The notes under the pieces: generated by a model | What the model was told of the DNA's origin: nothing | The model's input: the letters and a program-made list of their open reading frames with translations, nothing else | Database searches by the model: none | Source of the DNA: Eledone cirrhosa | Taxonomy: Eukaryota | NCBI GenBank assembly: GCA_964016885.1 | Contig: OZ024742.1 | Span: 164,858,001 to 164,922,000 of the forward strand | Length of the DNA: 64,000 bases | Reading direction: 5' to 3' | Made by a program: the position numbers and the translations under genes | In this document: piece by piece, positions 12,701 to 28,000 of the stretch | Numbering within the stretch: the stretch's first letter is position 1 | Layout: each line of letters begins with the position of its first letter

Positions 12701-15700
12701 ACAAATTATCTCTCCCTGATTTTTTTACAAATTATCTCCCCTTGGCTGGCTGGAAATTATCTCCCCTTGGAGGCTGGAATTTATCTCCCCTTGGACGGCT
12801 AGAAATTACCTCGCCTTGGACGGCTGGAAAATATGTCTCCTTGGACGGCTGGAAATTATCTCCCCTTGGACGGCTGGAAATTATCTCCTCTTGGACGGCT
12901 GGAAATTATCTCCCCTTGGACGGCTAGATATTACCTCCCCTTGGACGGCTGGAAATTATCTCCCCTTGATTTTTTTTACAAATTATCTCCCCCTGATTTT
13001 TTTTTTAAATTATCTCCCCTTGAACGGCTGGAAATTATCTCCCCTTGGACGGCTGGAAATTATCTCCCCTTGGACGGCTAGAAATTACCTCTCCTTGGAC
13101 GGCTGAAAATTATCTCCCCTTGGACGGCTGCAAATTATCTCCCCTTGATTTTTTAACAAATTATCTCCCCCTGATTTTTTTTTACAAATTATCTCCCCCT
13201 GATTTTTTTTTACAAATTATCTACGCCTAATTTTTTTTACAAATTATCTCCCCCTGATTTTTTTTTACAAATTATCTCCCCCTGATTTTTTTTACAAATT
13301 ATCTCCCCCTGATTTTTTTTTACAAATTATTTCCCCCTGATTTTTTTACAAATTATCTCCCCCCTGATTTTTTTTACAATCTCCGCCTGATTTTTTTAAA
13401 AATTATCTTGCCTTGGCTGGCGGGAAATTATCTCCCCTTGGACGGCTGGAAATTATATCCCCTTGGACGGCTGGAAATTACCTCCCCTTGGACAGCTGGA
13501 AATTATCTGCCCTTGATTTTGTTTTTACAAATTATCTCCCCCTGATTTTTTTTACAAATTATCTCCACCTGATTTTTTAAAAAATTATCTCCCCTTGGAC
13601 GGCTGGAAATTATCTCCCCTTGATTTTTTTACAAATTATCTCCCCCTGATTTTTTTTACAAATTATCTCCCCCTGATTTTTTTTTACAAATTATCTGCCC
13701 CTGATTTTTTTACAAATTATCTCCCCCTGATTTTTTTTACAAATTATCTCCGCCTGATTTTTTTAAATATTATCTTCCCTTGGCTGGCGGGAAATTATCT
13801 CCCCTTGGACGGCTGATAATTATCTCCCCTTGGCCGGCTGGAAATTATCTCCCCTTGATTTTTTTTACAAATTATCTCCCCCTGATTTTTTTTTACAAAT
13901 TATCTCCCCCTGATTTTTTTTACAAATTATCTCCGCCTGATTTTTTTAAATATTATCTTCCCTTGGCTGGCTGGAAATTATCTCCCCTTGGAGGCTGGAA
14001 TTTATCTCCCCTTGGACGGCTAGAAATTACCTCTCCTTGGACGGCTGGAAAATATTTCTCCTTGGACGGCTGGATATTATCTACCCTTGGACGGGTGGAA
14101 ATTATCTCCCCTTGGACGGCTGGAAATTATCTCCCCTTGGACGGCTAGATATTACCTCCCCTTGGACGACTGGAAATTATCTCCCCTTGATTTTTTTTAC
14201 AAATTATCTCCCCCTGATTTTTTTTTTACAAATTATCTCCCCCTGATTTTTTTACAAATTATCTCCCCCTGATTTTTTTTACAAATTATCTCCGCCTGAT
14301 TTTTTTAAATATTATCTTCTCTTGGCTGGCGGGAAATTATCTCCCCTTGGACGGTTGAAAATTATCTCCCCTTGGACGGCTGGAAATTATCTCCCCTTGA
14401 TTTTTTTTACAAATTATCTCCCCCTGATTTTTTTTAAAAAATTATCTCCCCCTGATTTTTTTTTACAAATTATCTCCCCCTGATTTTTTTTTACAAATTA
14501 TCTCCCCCTGATTTTTTTTACAAATTATCTCCCCCTGATTTTTTACAAATTATCTCCCCTTGGCTGGCTGGAAATTATCTCCCCTTGGACACTGTAAATT
14601 ATAGCCCCTTGGAGGGCTGGAAATTATCTTACCTTGGACGGCTGGAAATTATCTCTGCTTGATTTTTTTTACAAATTATCTCCCCCTGATTTTTTTTTAC
14701 AAATTATCCCCCCCGATTTTTTTTACAAATTATCTCCCCCTGATTTTTTTTACAAATTATCTCCCCTTGGACGGCTGGAAATTATCTCCCCTTGGACGGC
14801 TGGAAATTATCTCTCCTTGGACGGCTAGAAATTACCTCTCCTTGGACGACTGAAAATTATCTCCCCTTGGACGGCTGCAAATTATCTCCCCTTGATTTCT
14901 TTTACAAATTATCTCCGCCTGATTTTTTTTTTAAAATTATCTCCCCTTGGACGGCTGGAAATTACCTCCCCTTGGACGGCTGGAAATTATCTCCCCTTGG
15001 ACGGCTAGAAATTACCTCTCATTGGACGGCTGAAAATTATCTCCCCTTGGACGGCTGGAAATTATCTCCCCTTGATTTTTTTTACAAATTATCTCCCCCT
15101 GATTTTTTTTTTACAAATTATCTCCGCCTGATTTTTTTTTAAAATTATCTCTCCTTGGACGGCTGGATATTATCTCCCCTTTCATTTTTTTTACAAATTA
15201 TCTCCCCCTGATTTTTTTTTACAAATTATCTCCCCCTGATTTTTTTTTACAAATTATCTACCCCTAATTTTTTTTTACAAATTATCTCCCCCTGATTTTT
15301 TTTACAAATTATCTCCCCCTGATTTTTTTTTTACAAATTATCTCCCCCTGATTTTTTTACAAATTATCTCCCCCTGATTTTTTTTACAAATTATCTCCGC
15401 CTGATTTTTTTAAATATTATCTTCTCTTGGCTGGCGGGAAATTATCTCCCCTTGGACGGCTGAAAATTATCTCCCCTTGGACGGCTGGAAATTATCTCCC
15501 CTTGATTTTTTTTACAAATTATCTCCCCCTGATTTTTTTTTACAAATTATCTCCCCCTGATTTTTTTTTACAAATTATCTCCCCCTGATTTTTTTTACAA
15601 ATTATCTCCCCCTGATTTTTTTACAAATTATCTCCCCTTGGCTGGCTGGAAATTATCTCCCCTTGGAGGCTGGAATTTATCTCCCCTTGGACGGCTAGAA

Positions 15701-18700
15701 ATTACCTCTCCTTGGACGGCTGGAAAATATGTCCTTGGACGGCTGGAAATTATCTCCCCTTGGACAGCTGGAAATTATCTGCCCTTGATTTTGTTTTTAC
15801 AAATTATCTCCCCCTGATTTTTTTTACAAATTATCTCCACCTGATTTTTTAAAAAATTATCTCCCCTTGGACGGCTGGAAATTATCTCCCCTTGGCTGGA
15901 AATTATCTCCCCTTGGACGGCTAGAAATTATCTCTCTTTGGACGGCTGGAAATTATCTGCCTTTGATTTTTTTTACAAATTATCTCCCCCTGATTTTTTT
16001 TTACAAATTATCTCACCCTGATTTTTTTTACAAATTATCTCCCTCTGATTTTTTTACAAATTATCTCCCCTTGGCTGGCTGGAAATTATCTCCCCTTGGA
16101 GGCTGGAATTTATCTCCCCTTGGACGGCTAGAAATTACCTCTCCTTGGACGGCTGGAAAATATGTCTCCTTGGACGGCTGGATATTATCTACCCTTGGAC
16201 GGCTGGAAATTATCTCCCCTTGGACGGCTGGAAATTATCTCCCCTTGGACGGCTAGATATTACCTACCCTTGGACGGCTGGAAATTATCTCCCCTTGATT
16301 TTTTTACAAATTATCTCCCCCTGATTTTTTTACAAATTATCTCCCCCTGATTTTTTTTACAAATTATCTCCGCCTAATTTTTTTAAATATTATCTTCCCT
16401 TGGCTGGCGGGAAATTATCTCCCCTTGGACGGCTGAAAATTATCTCCCCTTGGACGGCTGGAAATTATCTCCCCTTGATTTATTTTACAAATTATCTCCC
16501 CCTGATTTTTTTTTACAAATTATCTCCCCCTGATTTTTTTTACAAATTATCTCCCCCTGATTTTTTTACAAATTATCTCCCCTTGGCTGGCTGGAAATTA
16601 TCTCCCCTTGGAGGCTGGAATTTATCTCCCCTTGGACGGCTAGAAATTACCTCTCCTTGGACGGCTGGAAAATATGTCCTTGGACGGCTGGATATTATCT
16701 ACCCTTGGACGGCTGGAAATTATCTCCCCTTGGACGGCTGGAAATTATCTCCCCTTGGACGGCTAGATATTACCTCCCCTTGGACGGCTGGAAATTATCT
16801 CCCCTTGATTTTTTTTACAAATTATCTCCCCCTGATTTTTTTTTACAAATTATCTCCCCCTGATTTTTTTTTACAAATTATCTACCCCTGATTTTTTTTT
16901 ACAAATTATCTCCCCCTGATTTTTTTTACAAATTATCTCCCCCTGATTTTTTTTTACAAATTATCTCCCCCTGATTTTTTTTTACAAATTATCTACCCCT
17001 GATTTTTTTTACAAATTATCTCCCCCTGATTTTTTTTACAAATTATCTCCCCCTGATTTTGTTTACAAATTATCTCCCCCTGATTTTTTTACAAATTATC
17101 TCCCCCTGATTTTTTTTACAAATTATCTCCGCCTAATTTTTTTAAATATTATCTTCCCTTGGCTGGCGGGAAATTATCTCCCCTTGGACGGCTGAAAATT
17201 ATCTCTCCTTGGACGGCTGGAAATTATCTCCCCTTGATTTTTTTTACAAATTATCTCCCCCTGATTATTTTTTACAAATTATCTCCCCCTGATTTTTTTT
17301 TACAAATTATCTCCCCCTGATTTTTTTTACAAATTATCTCCCCCTGATTTTTTTACAAATTATCTCCCCTTGGCTGGCTGGAAATTATCTCCCCTTGGAG
17401 GCTGGAATTTATCTCCCCTTGGACGGTTAGAAATTACCTCTCCTTGGACGGCTGGAAAATATGTCTCCTTGGACGGCTGGAAATTATCGCCCCTTGGACG
17501 GCTGGAAATTATCTCCCCTTGGACGGCTGGAAATTATCTCTCCTCGGACGGCTAGAAATTACCTCTCCTTGGACAGCTGAAAATTATCTCCCCTTGGACG
17601 GCTGGAAATTATCTCCCCTTGATTTTTTTTACAAATTATCTCCCCCTGATTTTTTTTTACAAATTATCTCCCCCTGATTTTTTTTTACAAATTATCTCCC
17701 CCTGATTTTTTTTTACAAATTATCTCCCCCTGATATTTTTTACAAATTATCTCCCCCTGATTTTTTTACAAATTATCTCCCCTTGGCTGGCTGGAAATTA
17801 TCTCCCCTTGGAGGCTGGAATTTATCTCCCCTTAGACGGCTAGAAATTACCTCGCCTTGGACGGCTGGAAAATATGTCTCCTTGGACGGCTGGAAATTAT
17901 CTCCCCTTGGACGGCTGGAAATTATCTCCCCTTGGACGGCTGGAAATTATCTCCCCTTGGACGGCTAGATATTACCTCCCCTTGGACGGCTGGAAATTAT
18001 CTCCCCTTGATTTTTTTTACAAATTATCTCCCCCTGATTTTTTTTTACAAATTATCTCCCCCTGATTTTTTTTTACGAATTATCTCCCCCCGATTTTTTT
18101 TTACAAATTATCTCCGCCTGATTTTTTTAAAAAAATTATCTCCCCTTGAACGGCTGGAAATTATCTCCCCTTGGACGGCTGGAAATTATCTCCCCTTGGA
18201 CGGCTAGAAATTACCTCTCCTTGGACGGCTGAAAATTATCTCCCCTTGGACGGCTGCAAATTATCTCCCCTTGATATTTAACAAATTATCTCCCCCTGAT
18301 TTTTTTTTACAAATTATCTCCCCCTGATTTTTTTTTACAAATTATCTCCCCCTGATTTTTTTTTACAAATTATCTCCCCCTGATTTTTTTACAAATTATC
18401 TCCCCCTGATTTTTTTTACAATCTCCGCCTGATTTTTTTAAAAATTATCTTCCCTTGGCTGGCGGGCAATTATCTCCCCTTGGACGGCTGGAAATTATAT
18501 CCCCTTGGAAGGATGGAAATTATCTCCCCTTGGACGGCTGGAAATTATCTCCCCTTGGACGGCTGGAAATTATCTCCCCTTGGACAGCTGGAAATTATCT
18601 GCCCTTGATTTTGTTTTTACAAATTATCTCCCCCTGATTTTTTTTACAAATTATCTCCACCTGATTTTTTAAAAAATTATCTCCCCTTGGACGGCTGGAA

Positions 18701-19333
18701 ATTATCTCCCCTTGATTTTTTTACAAATTATCTCCCCCTGATTTTTTTTACAAATTATCTCCCCCTGATTTTTTGTTACAAATTATCTCCCCCTGATTTT
18801 TTTAAAAATTATCTCCCCCTGATTTTTTTTACAAATTATCTCCGCCTGATTTTTTTAAATATTATCTTCCCTTGGCTGGCGGGAAATTATCTCCCCTTGG
18901 ACGGCTGAAAATTATCTCCCCTTGGACGGCTGGAAATTATCTCCCCTTGATTTTTTTACAAATTATCTCCCCCTGATTTTTTTTTACAAATTATCTCCCC
19001 CTGATTTTTTTTACAAATTATCTCCCCCTGATTTTTTTTTACAAATTATCTCCCCCTGATTTTTTTTTACAAATTATCTCCCCCTGATTTTTTTACAAAT
19101 TATCTCCCCTTGGCTAGCTGGAAATTATCTCCCCTTGGAGGCTGGAATTTATCTCCCCTTGGACGGCTAGAAATTACCTCTCCTTGGACGGCTGGAAAAT
19201 ATGTCTCCTTGGACGGCTGGATATTATCTACCCTTGGACGGCTGGAAATTATCTCCCCTTGGACGGCTGGAAATTATCTCCCCTTGGACGGCTAGATATT
19301 ACCTCCCCTTGGACGGCTGGAAATTATCTCCCC

Positions 19334-22300
19334 TTGATTTTTTTTACAAATTATCTCCCCCTGATTTTTTTTTACGAATTATCTCCCCCTGATTTTTTTT
19401 TACAAATTATCTCCGCCTGATTTTTTTTTTAAATTATCTCCCCTTGAACGGCTGGAAATTATCTCCCCTTGGACGGCTGGAAATTATCTCCCCTTGGACG
19501 GCTAGAAATTACCTCTCCTTGGACGGCTGAAAATTATCTCCCCTTGGACGGCTGCAAATTATCTCCCCTTGATTTTTTTAACAAATTATCTCCCCCTGAT
19601 TTTTTTTTACAAATTATCTCCCCCTGATTTTTTTTTACAAATTATCTACGCCTAATTTTTTTTACAAATTATCTCCCCCTGATTTTTTTTTACAAATTAT
19701 CTCCCCCTGATTTTTTTTACAAATTATCTCCCCCTGATTTTTTTTTACAAATTATCTCCCCCTGATTTTTTTACAAATTATCTCCCCCCTGAATTTTTTT
19801 ACAATCTCCGCCTGATTTTTTTAAAAATTATCTTCCCTTGGCTGGCAGGAAATTATCTCCCCTTGGTCGGCTGGAAATTATATCCCCTTGGAAGGATGGA
19901 AATTATCTCCCCTTGGACGGCTGGAAATTATCTCCCCTTGGACGGCTGGAAATTACCTCCCCTTGGACAGCTGGAAATTATCTGCCCTTGATTTTGTTTT
20001 TACAAATTATCTCCCCCTGATTTTTTTTACAAATTATCTCCACCTGATTTTTTAAAAAATTATCTCCCCTTGATTTTTTTACAAATTATCTCCCCCTGAT
20101 TTTTTTTACAAATTATCTCCCCCTGATTTTTTTTTACAAATTATCTCCCCCTGATTTTTTTACAAATTATCTCCCCCTGATTTTTTTTACAAATTATCTC
20201 CGCCTGATTTTTTTTACAAATTATCTCCCCTTGGCTGGCTGGAAATTATCTCCCCTTGGAGGCTGGAATTTATCTCCCCTTGGACGGCTAGAAATTACCT
20301 CTCCTTGGACGGCTGGAAAATATGTCCTTGGACGGCTGGATATTATCTACCCTTGGACGGCTGGAAATTATCTCCCCTTGGACGGCTGGAAATTATCTCC
20401 CCTTGGAGGCTGGAATTTATCTCCCCTTGGACGGCTAGAAATTACCTCTCCTTGGACGGCTGGAAAATATGTCCTTGGACGGCTGGATATTACCTCCCCT
20501 TGGACGGCTGGAAATTATCTCCCCTTGATTTTTTTTACAAATTATCTCCCCCTGATTTTTTTTACAAATCTAATGATTTTAAAAAAAAAATTATCTCCCC
20601 TTCGCTGGCTGGAAATTATCTCCCCTTCGCTGGCTGGAAATTATCTCCCCTTGGACGCTGGAAATTATAGCCCCTTGGAGGGCTGGAAATTATCTTCCCT
20701 TGGACGGCTGGAAATTATCTCCCCTTGGCTCGAAATTATCTCCCCTTGGACGGCTAGAAATTATCTCTCTTTGGACGGCTGGAAATTATCTCCCTTTGAT
20801 TTTTTTTACAAATTATCTCCCCCTGATTTTTTAAAAAAAATTATCTCTCCTTCGCTGGCTGGAAATTATCTCCCCTTGGACACTGGAAATTATAGCCCCT
20901 TGGAGGGCTGGAAATTATCTTCCCTTGGACGGCTGGAAATTATCTCTGCTTGATTTTTTTTACAAATTATCTCCCCCTGATTTTTTTTTACGAATTATCT
21001 CCCCCTGATTTTTTTTTACAAATTATCTCCGCCTGATTTTTTTTTTAAATTATCTCCCCTTGAACGGCTGGAAATTATCTCCCCTTGGACGGCTGGAAAT
21101 TATCTCCCCTTGGACGGCTAGAAATTACCTCTCCTTGGACGGCTGAAAATTATCTCCCCTTGGACGGCTGCAAATTATCTCCCCTTGATTTTTTTAACAA
21201 ATTATCTCCCCCTGATTTTTTTTTACAAATTATCTCCCCCTGATTTTTTTTTACAAATTATCTACGCCTAATTTTTTTTACAAATTATCTCCCCCTGATT
21301 TTTTTTTACAAATTATCTCCCCCTGATTTTTTTTTACAAATTATCTCCCCCTGATTTTTTTACAAATTATCTCCCCCCTGAATTTTTTTACAATCTCCGC
21401 CTGATTTTTTTAAAAATTATCTTCCCTTGGCTGGCAGGAAATTATCTCCCCTTGGTCGGCTGGAAATTATATCCCCTTGGAAGGATGGAAATTATCTCCC
21501 CTTGGACGGCTGGAAATTATCTCCCCTTGGACGGCTGGAAATTACCTCCCCTTGGACAGCTGGAAATTATCTGCCCTTGATTTTGTTTTTACAAATTATC
21601 TCCCCCTGATTTTTTTTACAAATTATCTCCACCTGATTTTTTAAAAAATTATCTCCCCTTGATTTTTTTACAAATTATCTCCCCCTGATTTTTTTTACAA
21701 ATTATCTCCCCCTGATTTTTTTTTTACAAATTATCTCCCCCTGATTTTTTTACAAATTATCTCCCCCTGATTTTTTTTACAAATTATCTCCGCCTGATTT
21801 TTTTTACAAATTATCTCCCCTTGGCTGGCTGGAAATTATCTCCCCTTGGAGGCTGGAATTTATCTCCCCTTGGACGGCTAGAAATTACCTCTCCTTGGAC
21901 GGCTGGAAAATATGTCCTTGGACGGCTGGATATTATCTACCCTTGGACGGCTGGAAATTATCTCCCCTTGGACGGCTGGAAATTATCTCCCCTTGGAGGC
22001 TGGAATTTATCTCCCCTTGGACGGCTAGAAATTACCTCTCCTTGGACGGCTGGAAAATATGTCCTTGGACGGCTGGATATTACCTCCCCTTGGACGGCTG
22101 GAAATTATCTCCCCTTGATTTTTTTTACAAATTATCTCCCCCTGATTTTTTTTACAAATCTAATGATTTAAAAAAAAAAATTATCTCCCCTTCGCTGGCT
22201 GGAAATTATCTCCCCTTCGCTGGCTGGAAATTATCTCCCCTTGGACGCTGGAAATTATAGCCCCTTGGAGGGCTGGAAATTATCTTCCCTTGGACGGCTG

Positions 22301-22581
22301 GAAATTATCTCCCCTTGGCTCGAAATTATCTCCCCTTGGACGGCTAGAAATTATCTCTCTTTGGACGGCTGGAAATTATCTCCCTTTGATTTTTTTTACA
22401 AATTATCTCCCCCTGATTTTTTAAAAAAAATTATCTCCCCTTCGCTGGCTGGAAATTATCTCCCCTTGGACACTGGAAATTATAGCCCCTTGGAGGGCTG
22501 GAAATTATCTTCCCTTGGACGGCTGGAAATTATCTCTGCTTGATTTTTTTTACAAATTATCTCCCCCTGATTTTTTTTTAC
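19334..22581 (+). repeat. ~1.6-kb tandem duplication
   Basis: Pseudo-ORF pairs 19838/21427 (1589), 20231/21821 and 20305/21895 (1590). Both copies carry GGCAGG/GGTCGG and the CTAATGATTT(T/A)A10 patch. Confidence 0.88.
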
Positions 22582-23335
22582 AAATTATCCCCCCCGATTT
22601 TTTTTACAAATTATCTCCCCCTGATTTTTTTTACAAATTATCTCCCCTTGGACGGCTGGAAATTATCTCCCCTTGGACGGCTGGAAATTATCTCCCCTTG
22701 GACGGCTAGAAATTACCTCTCCTTGGACGACTGAAAATTATCTCCCCTTGGACGGCTGCAAATTATCTCCCCTTGATTTTTTTTACAAATTATCTCCGCC
22801 TGATTTTTTTTTTAAAATTATCTCCCCTTGGACGGCTGGAAATTACCTCCCCTTGGACGGCTGGAAATTATCTCCCCTTGGACGGCTAGAAATTACCTCT
22901 CATTGGACGGCTGAAAATTATCTCCCCTTGGACGGCTGGAAATTATCTCCGCTTGATTTTTTTTACAAATTATCTCCCCCTGATTTTTTTTTACAAATTA
23001 TCTCCCCCTGATTTTTTTTTTACAAATTATCTCCGCCTGATTTTTTTTTTAAATTATCTCTCCTTGGACGGCTGGATATTATCTCCCCTTTCATTTTTTT
23101 TACAAATTATCTCCCCCTGATTTTTTTTTACAAATTATCTCCCCCTGATTTTTTTTTTACAAATTATCTACCCCTAATTTTTTTTTACAAATTATCTCCC
23201 CCTGATTTTTTTTACAAATTATCTCCCCCTGATTTTTTTTTTACAAATTATCTCCCCCTGATTTTTTTACAAATTATCTCCCCCTGATTTTTTTTACAAA
23301 TTATCTCCGCCTGATTTTTTTAAATATTATCTTCT

Positions 23336-25050
23336 CTTGGCTGGCGGGAAATTATCTCCCCTTGGACGGCTGAAAATTATCTCCCCTTGGACGGCTGGAA
23401 ATTATCTCCCCTTGATTTTTTTTACAAATTATCTCCCCCTGATTTTTTTTTACAAATTATCTCCCCCTGATTTTTTTTACAAATTATCTCCCCCTGATTT
23501 TTTTTTACAAATTATCTCCCCCTGATTTTTTTTACAAATTATCTCCCCCTGATTTTTTTACAAATTATCTCCCCTTGGCTGGCTGGAAATTATCTCCCCT
23601 TGGAGGCTGGAATTTATCTCCCCTTGGACGGCTAGAAATTACCTCTCCTTGGACGGCTGGAAAATATGTCCTTGGACGGCTGGATATTATCTACCCTTGG
23701 ACGGCTGGAAATTATCTCCCCTTGGACGGCTGGAAATTATCTCCCCTTGGACGGCTAGATATTACCTCCCCTTGGACGGCTGGAAATTATCTCCCCTTGA
23801 TTTTTTTTACAAATTATCCCCCCCTGATTTTTTTTTACAAATTATCTCCCCCTTATTTTTTTTTACAAATTATCTACCCCTGATTTTTTTTTACAAATTA
23901 TCTCCCCCTAATTTTTTTTACAAATTATCTCTCCCTGATTTTTTTTTACAAATTATCTCCCCCTGATTTTTTTTTACAAATTATCTACCCCTGATTTTTT
24001 TTTACAAATTATCTCCCCCTGATTTTTTTTACAAATTATCTCCCCCTGATTTTTTTTACAAATTATCTCCCCCTGATTTTTTTACAAATTATCTCCCCCC
24101 GATTTTTTTTACAAATTATCTCCGCCTAATTTTTTTAAATATTATCTTCCCTTGGCTGGCGGGAAATTATCTCCCCTTGGACGGCTGAAAATTATCTCCC
24201 CTTGGACGGCTGGAAATTATCTCCCCTTGATTTTTTTTACAAATTATCTCCCCCTGATTTTTTTTTACAAATTATCTCCCCCTGATTTTTTTTACAAATT
24301 ATCTCCCCCTGATTTTTTTTTACAAATTATCTCCCCCTGATTTTTTTTACAAATTATCTCCCCCTGATTTTTTTACAAATTATCTCCCCTTGGCTGGCTG
24401 GAAATTATCTCCCCTTGGAGGCTGGAATTTATCTCCCCTTGGACGGCTAGAAATTACCTCTCCTTGGACGGCTGGAAAATATGTCCTTGGACGGCTGGAT
24501 ATTATCTACCCTTGGACGGCTGGAAATTATCTCCCCTTGGACGGCTGGAAATTATCTCCCCTTGGACGGCTAGATATTACCTCCCCTTGGACGGCTGGAA
24601 ATTATCTCCCCTTGATTTTTTTTACAAATTATCCCCCCCTGATTTTTTTTTACAAATTATCTCCCCCTTATTTTTTTTTACAAATTATCTACCCCTGATT
24701 TTTTTTTACAAATTATCTCCCCCTAATTTTTTTTACAAATTATCTCTCCCTGATTTTTTTTTACAAATTATCTCCCCCTGATTTTTTTTTACAAATTATC
24801 TACCCCTGATTTTTTTTTACAAATTATCTCCCCCTGATTTTTTTTACAAATTATCTCCCCCTGATTTTTTTTACAAATTATCTCCCCCTGATTTTTTTAC
24901 AAATTATCTCCCCCCGATTTTTTTTACAAATTATCTCCGCCTAATTTTTTTAAATATTATCTTCCCTTGGCTGGCGGGAAATTATCTCCCCTTGGACGGC
25001 TGAAAATTATCTCCCCTTGGACGGCTGGAAATTATCTCCCCTTGATTTTT
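23336..25050 (+). repeat. 815-bp tandem duplication
   Basis: Identical pseudo-ORFs 23337/24152, 23575/24390, 23649/24464; shared variants TTATCCCCCCCTG and CCCCCTTATTT. Confidence 0.88.
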
Positions 25051-28000
25051 TTACAAATTATCTCCCCCTGATTATTTTTTACAAATTATCTCCCCCTGAT
25101 TTTTTTTTACAAATTATCTCCCCCTGATTTTTTTACAAATTATCTCCCCTTGGCTGGCTGGAAATTATCTCCCCTTGGAGGCTGGAATTTATCTCCACTT
25201 GGACGGTTAGAAATTACCTCTCCTTGGACTGCTGGAAAATATGTCTCCTTGGACGGCTGGAAATTATCTCCCCTTGGACGGCTGGAAATTATCTCCCCTT
25301 GGACGGCTGGAAATTATCTCTCCTCGGACGACTAGAAATTACCTCTCCTTGGACAGCTGAAAATTATCTCCCCTTGGACGGCTGGAAATTATCTCCCCTT
25401 GATTTTTTTTACAAATTATCTCCCCCCGATTTTTTTTTACAAATTATCTCCCCCTGATTTTTTTTTACAAATTATCTCCCCCTGATTTTTTTTACAAATT
25501 ATCTCCCCCTGATATTTTTTACAAATTATCTCCCCCTGATTTTTTTACAAATTATCTCCCCTTGGCTGGCTGGAAATTATCTCCCCTTGGAGGCTGGAAT
25601 TTATCTCCCCTTGGACGGCTAGAAATTACCTCGCCTTGGACGGCTGGAAAATATGTCTCCTTGGACGGCTGGAAATTATCTCCCCTTGGACGGCTGGAAA
25701 TTATCTCCCCTTGGACGGCTGGAAATTATCTCCCCTTGGACGGCTAGATATTACCTCCCCTTGGACGGCTGGAAATTATCTCCCCTTGATTTTTTTTACA
25801 AATTATCTGCCCCTGATTTTTTTTTTAAATTATCTCCCCTTGAACGGCTGGAAATTATCTCCCCTTGGACGGCTGGAAATTATCTCCCCTTGGACGGCTA
25901 GAAATTACCTCTCCTTGGACGGCTGAAAATTATCTCCCCTTGGACGGCTGCAAATTATCTCCCCTTGATTTTTTAACAAATTATCTCCCCCTGATTTTTT
26001 TTTACAAATTATCTCCCCCTGATTTTTTTTTACAAATTATCTACGCCTAATTTCTTTTACAAATTATCTCCCCCTGATTTTTTTTTACAAATTATCTCCC
26101 CCTGATTTTTTTTACAAATTATCTCCCCCTGATTTTTTTTTACAAATTATTTCCCCCTGATTTTTTTACAAATTATCTCCCCCCTGATTTTTTTTACAAT
26201 CTCCGCCTGATTTTTTTAAAAATTATCTTGCCTTGGCTGGCGGGAAATTATCTCCCCTTGGACGGCTGGAAATTATATCCCCTTGGACGGCTGGAAATTA
26301 CCTCCCCTTGGACAGCTGGAAATTATCTGCCCTTGATTTTGTTTTTACAAATTATCTCCCCCTGATTTTTTTTACAAATTATCTCCACCTGATTTTTTAA
26401 AAAAATTATCTCCCCTTGGACGGCTGGAAATTATCTCCCCTTGATTTTTTTACAAATTATCTCCCCCTGATTTTTTTTACAAATTATCTCCCCCTGATTT
26501 TTTTTTACAAATTATCTCCCCCTGATTTTTTTACAAATTATCTCCCCCTGATTTTTTTTACAAATTATCTCCGCCTGATTTTTTTAAATATTATCTTCCC
26601 TTGGCTGGCGGGAAATTATCTCCCCTTGGACGGCTGATAATTATCTCCCCTTGGACGGCTGGAAATTATCTCCCCTTGATTTTTTTTACAAATTATCTCC
26701 CCCTGATTTTTTTTTACAAATTATCTCCCCCTGATTTTTTTTACAAATTATCTCCGCCTGATTTTTTTAAATATTATCTTCCCTTGGCTGGCTGGAAATT
26801 ATCTCCCCTTGGAGGCTGGAATTTATCTCCCCTTGGACGGCTAGAAATTACCTCTCCTTGGACGGCTGGAAAATATTTCTCCTTGGACGGCTGGATATTA
26901 TCTACCCTTGGACGGGTGGAAATTATCTCCCCTTGGACGGCTGGAAATTATCTCCCCTTGGACGGCTAGATATTACCTCCCCTTGGACGACTGGAAATTA
27001 TCTCCCCTTGATTTTTTTTACAAATTATCTCCCCCTGATTTTTTTTTTACAAATTATCTCCCCCTGATTTTTTTACAAATTATCTCCCCCTGATTTTTTT
27101 TACAAATTATCTCCGCCTGATTTTTTTAAATATTATCTTCTCTTGGCTGGCGGGAAATTATCTCCCCTTGGACGGCTGAAAATTATCTCCCCTTGGACGG
27201 CTGGAAATTATCTCCCCTTGATTTTTTTTACAAATTATCTCCCCCTGATTTTTTTAAAAAAATTATCTCCCCCTGATTTTTTTTTACAAATTATCTCCCC
27301 CTGATTTTTTTTTACAAATTATCTCCCCCTGATTTTTTTTACAAATTATCTCCCCCTGATTTTTTTACAAATTATCTCCCCTTGGCTGGCTGGAAATTAT
27401 CTCCCCTTGGACACTGTAAATTATAGCCCCTTGGAGGGCTGGAAATTATCTTACCTTGGACGGCTGGAAATTATCTCTGCTTGATTTTTTTTACAAATTA
27501 TCTCCCCCTGATTTTTTTTTACAAATTATCCCCCCCGATTTTTTTTACAAATTATCTCCCCCTGATTTTTTTTACAAATTATCTCCCCTTGGACGGCTGG
27601 AAATTATCTCCCCTTGGACGGCTGGAAATTATCTCTCCTTGGACGGCTAGAAATTACCTCTCCTTGGACGACTGAAAATTATCTCCCCTTGGACGGCTGC
27701 AAATTATCTCCCCTTGATTTCTTTTACAAATTATCTCCGCCTGATTTTTTTTTTTAAATTATCTCCCCTTGGACGGCTGGAAATTACCTCCCCTTGGACG
27801 GCTGGAAATTATCTCCCCTTGGACGGCTAGAAATTACATCTCATTGGACGGCTGAAAATTATCTCCCCTTGGACGGCTGGAAATTATCTCCCCTTGATTT
27901 TTTTTACAAATTATCTCCCCCTGATTTTTTTTTTACAAATTATCTCCGCCTGATTTTTTTTTAAAATTATCTCTCCTTGGACGGCTGGATATTATCTCCC

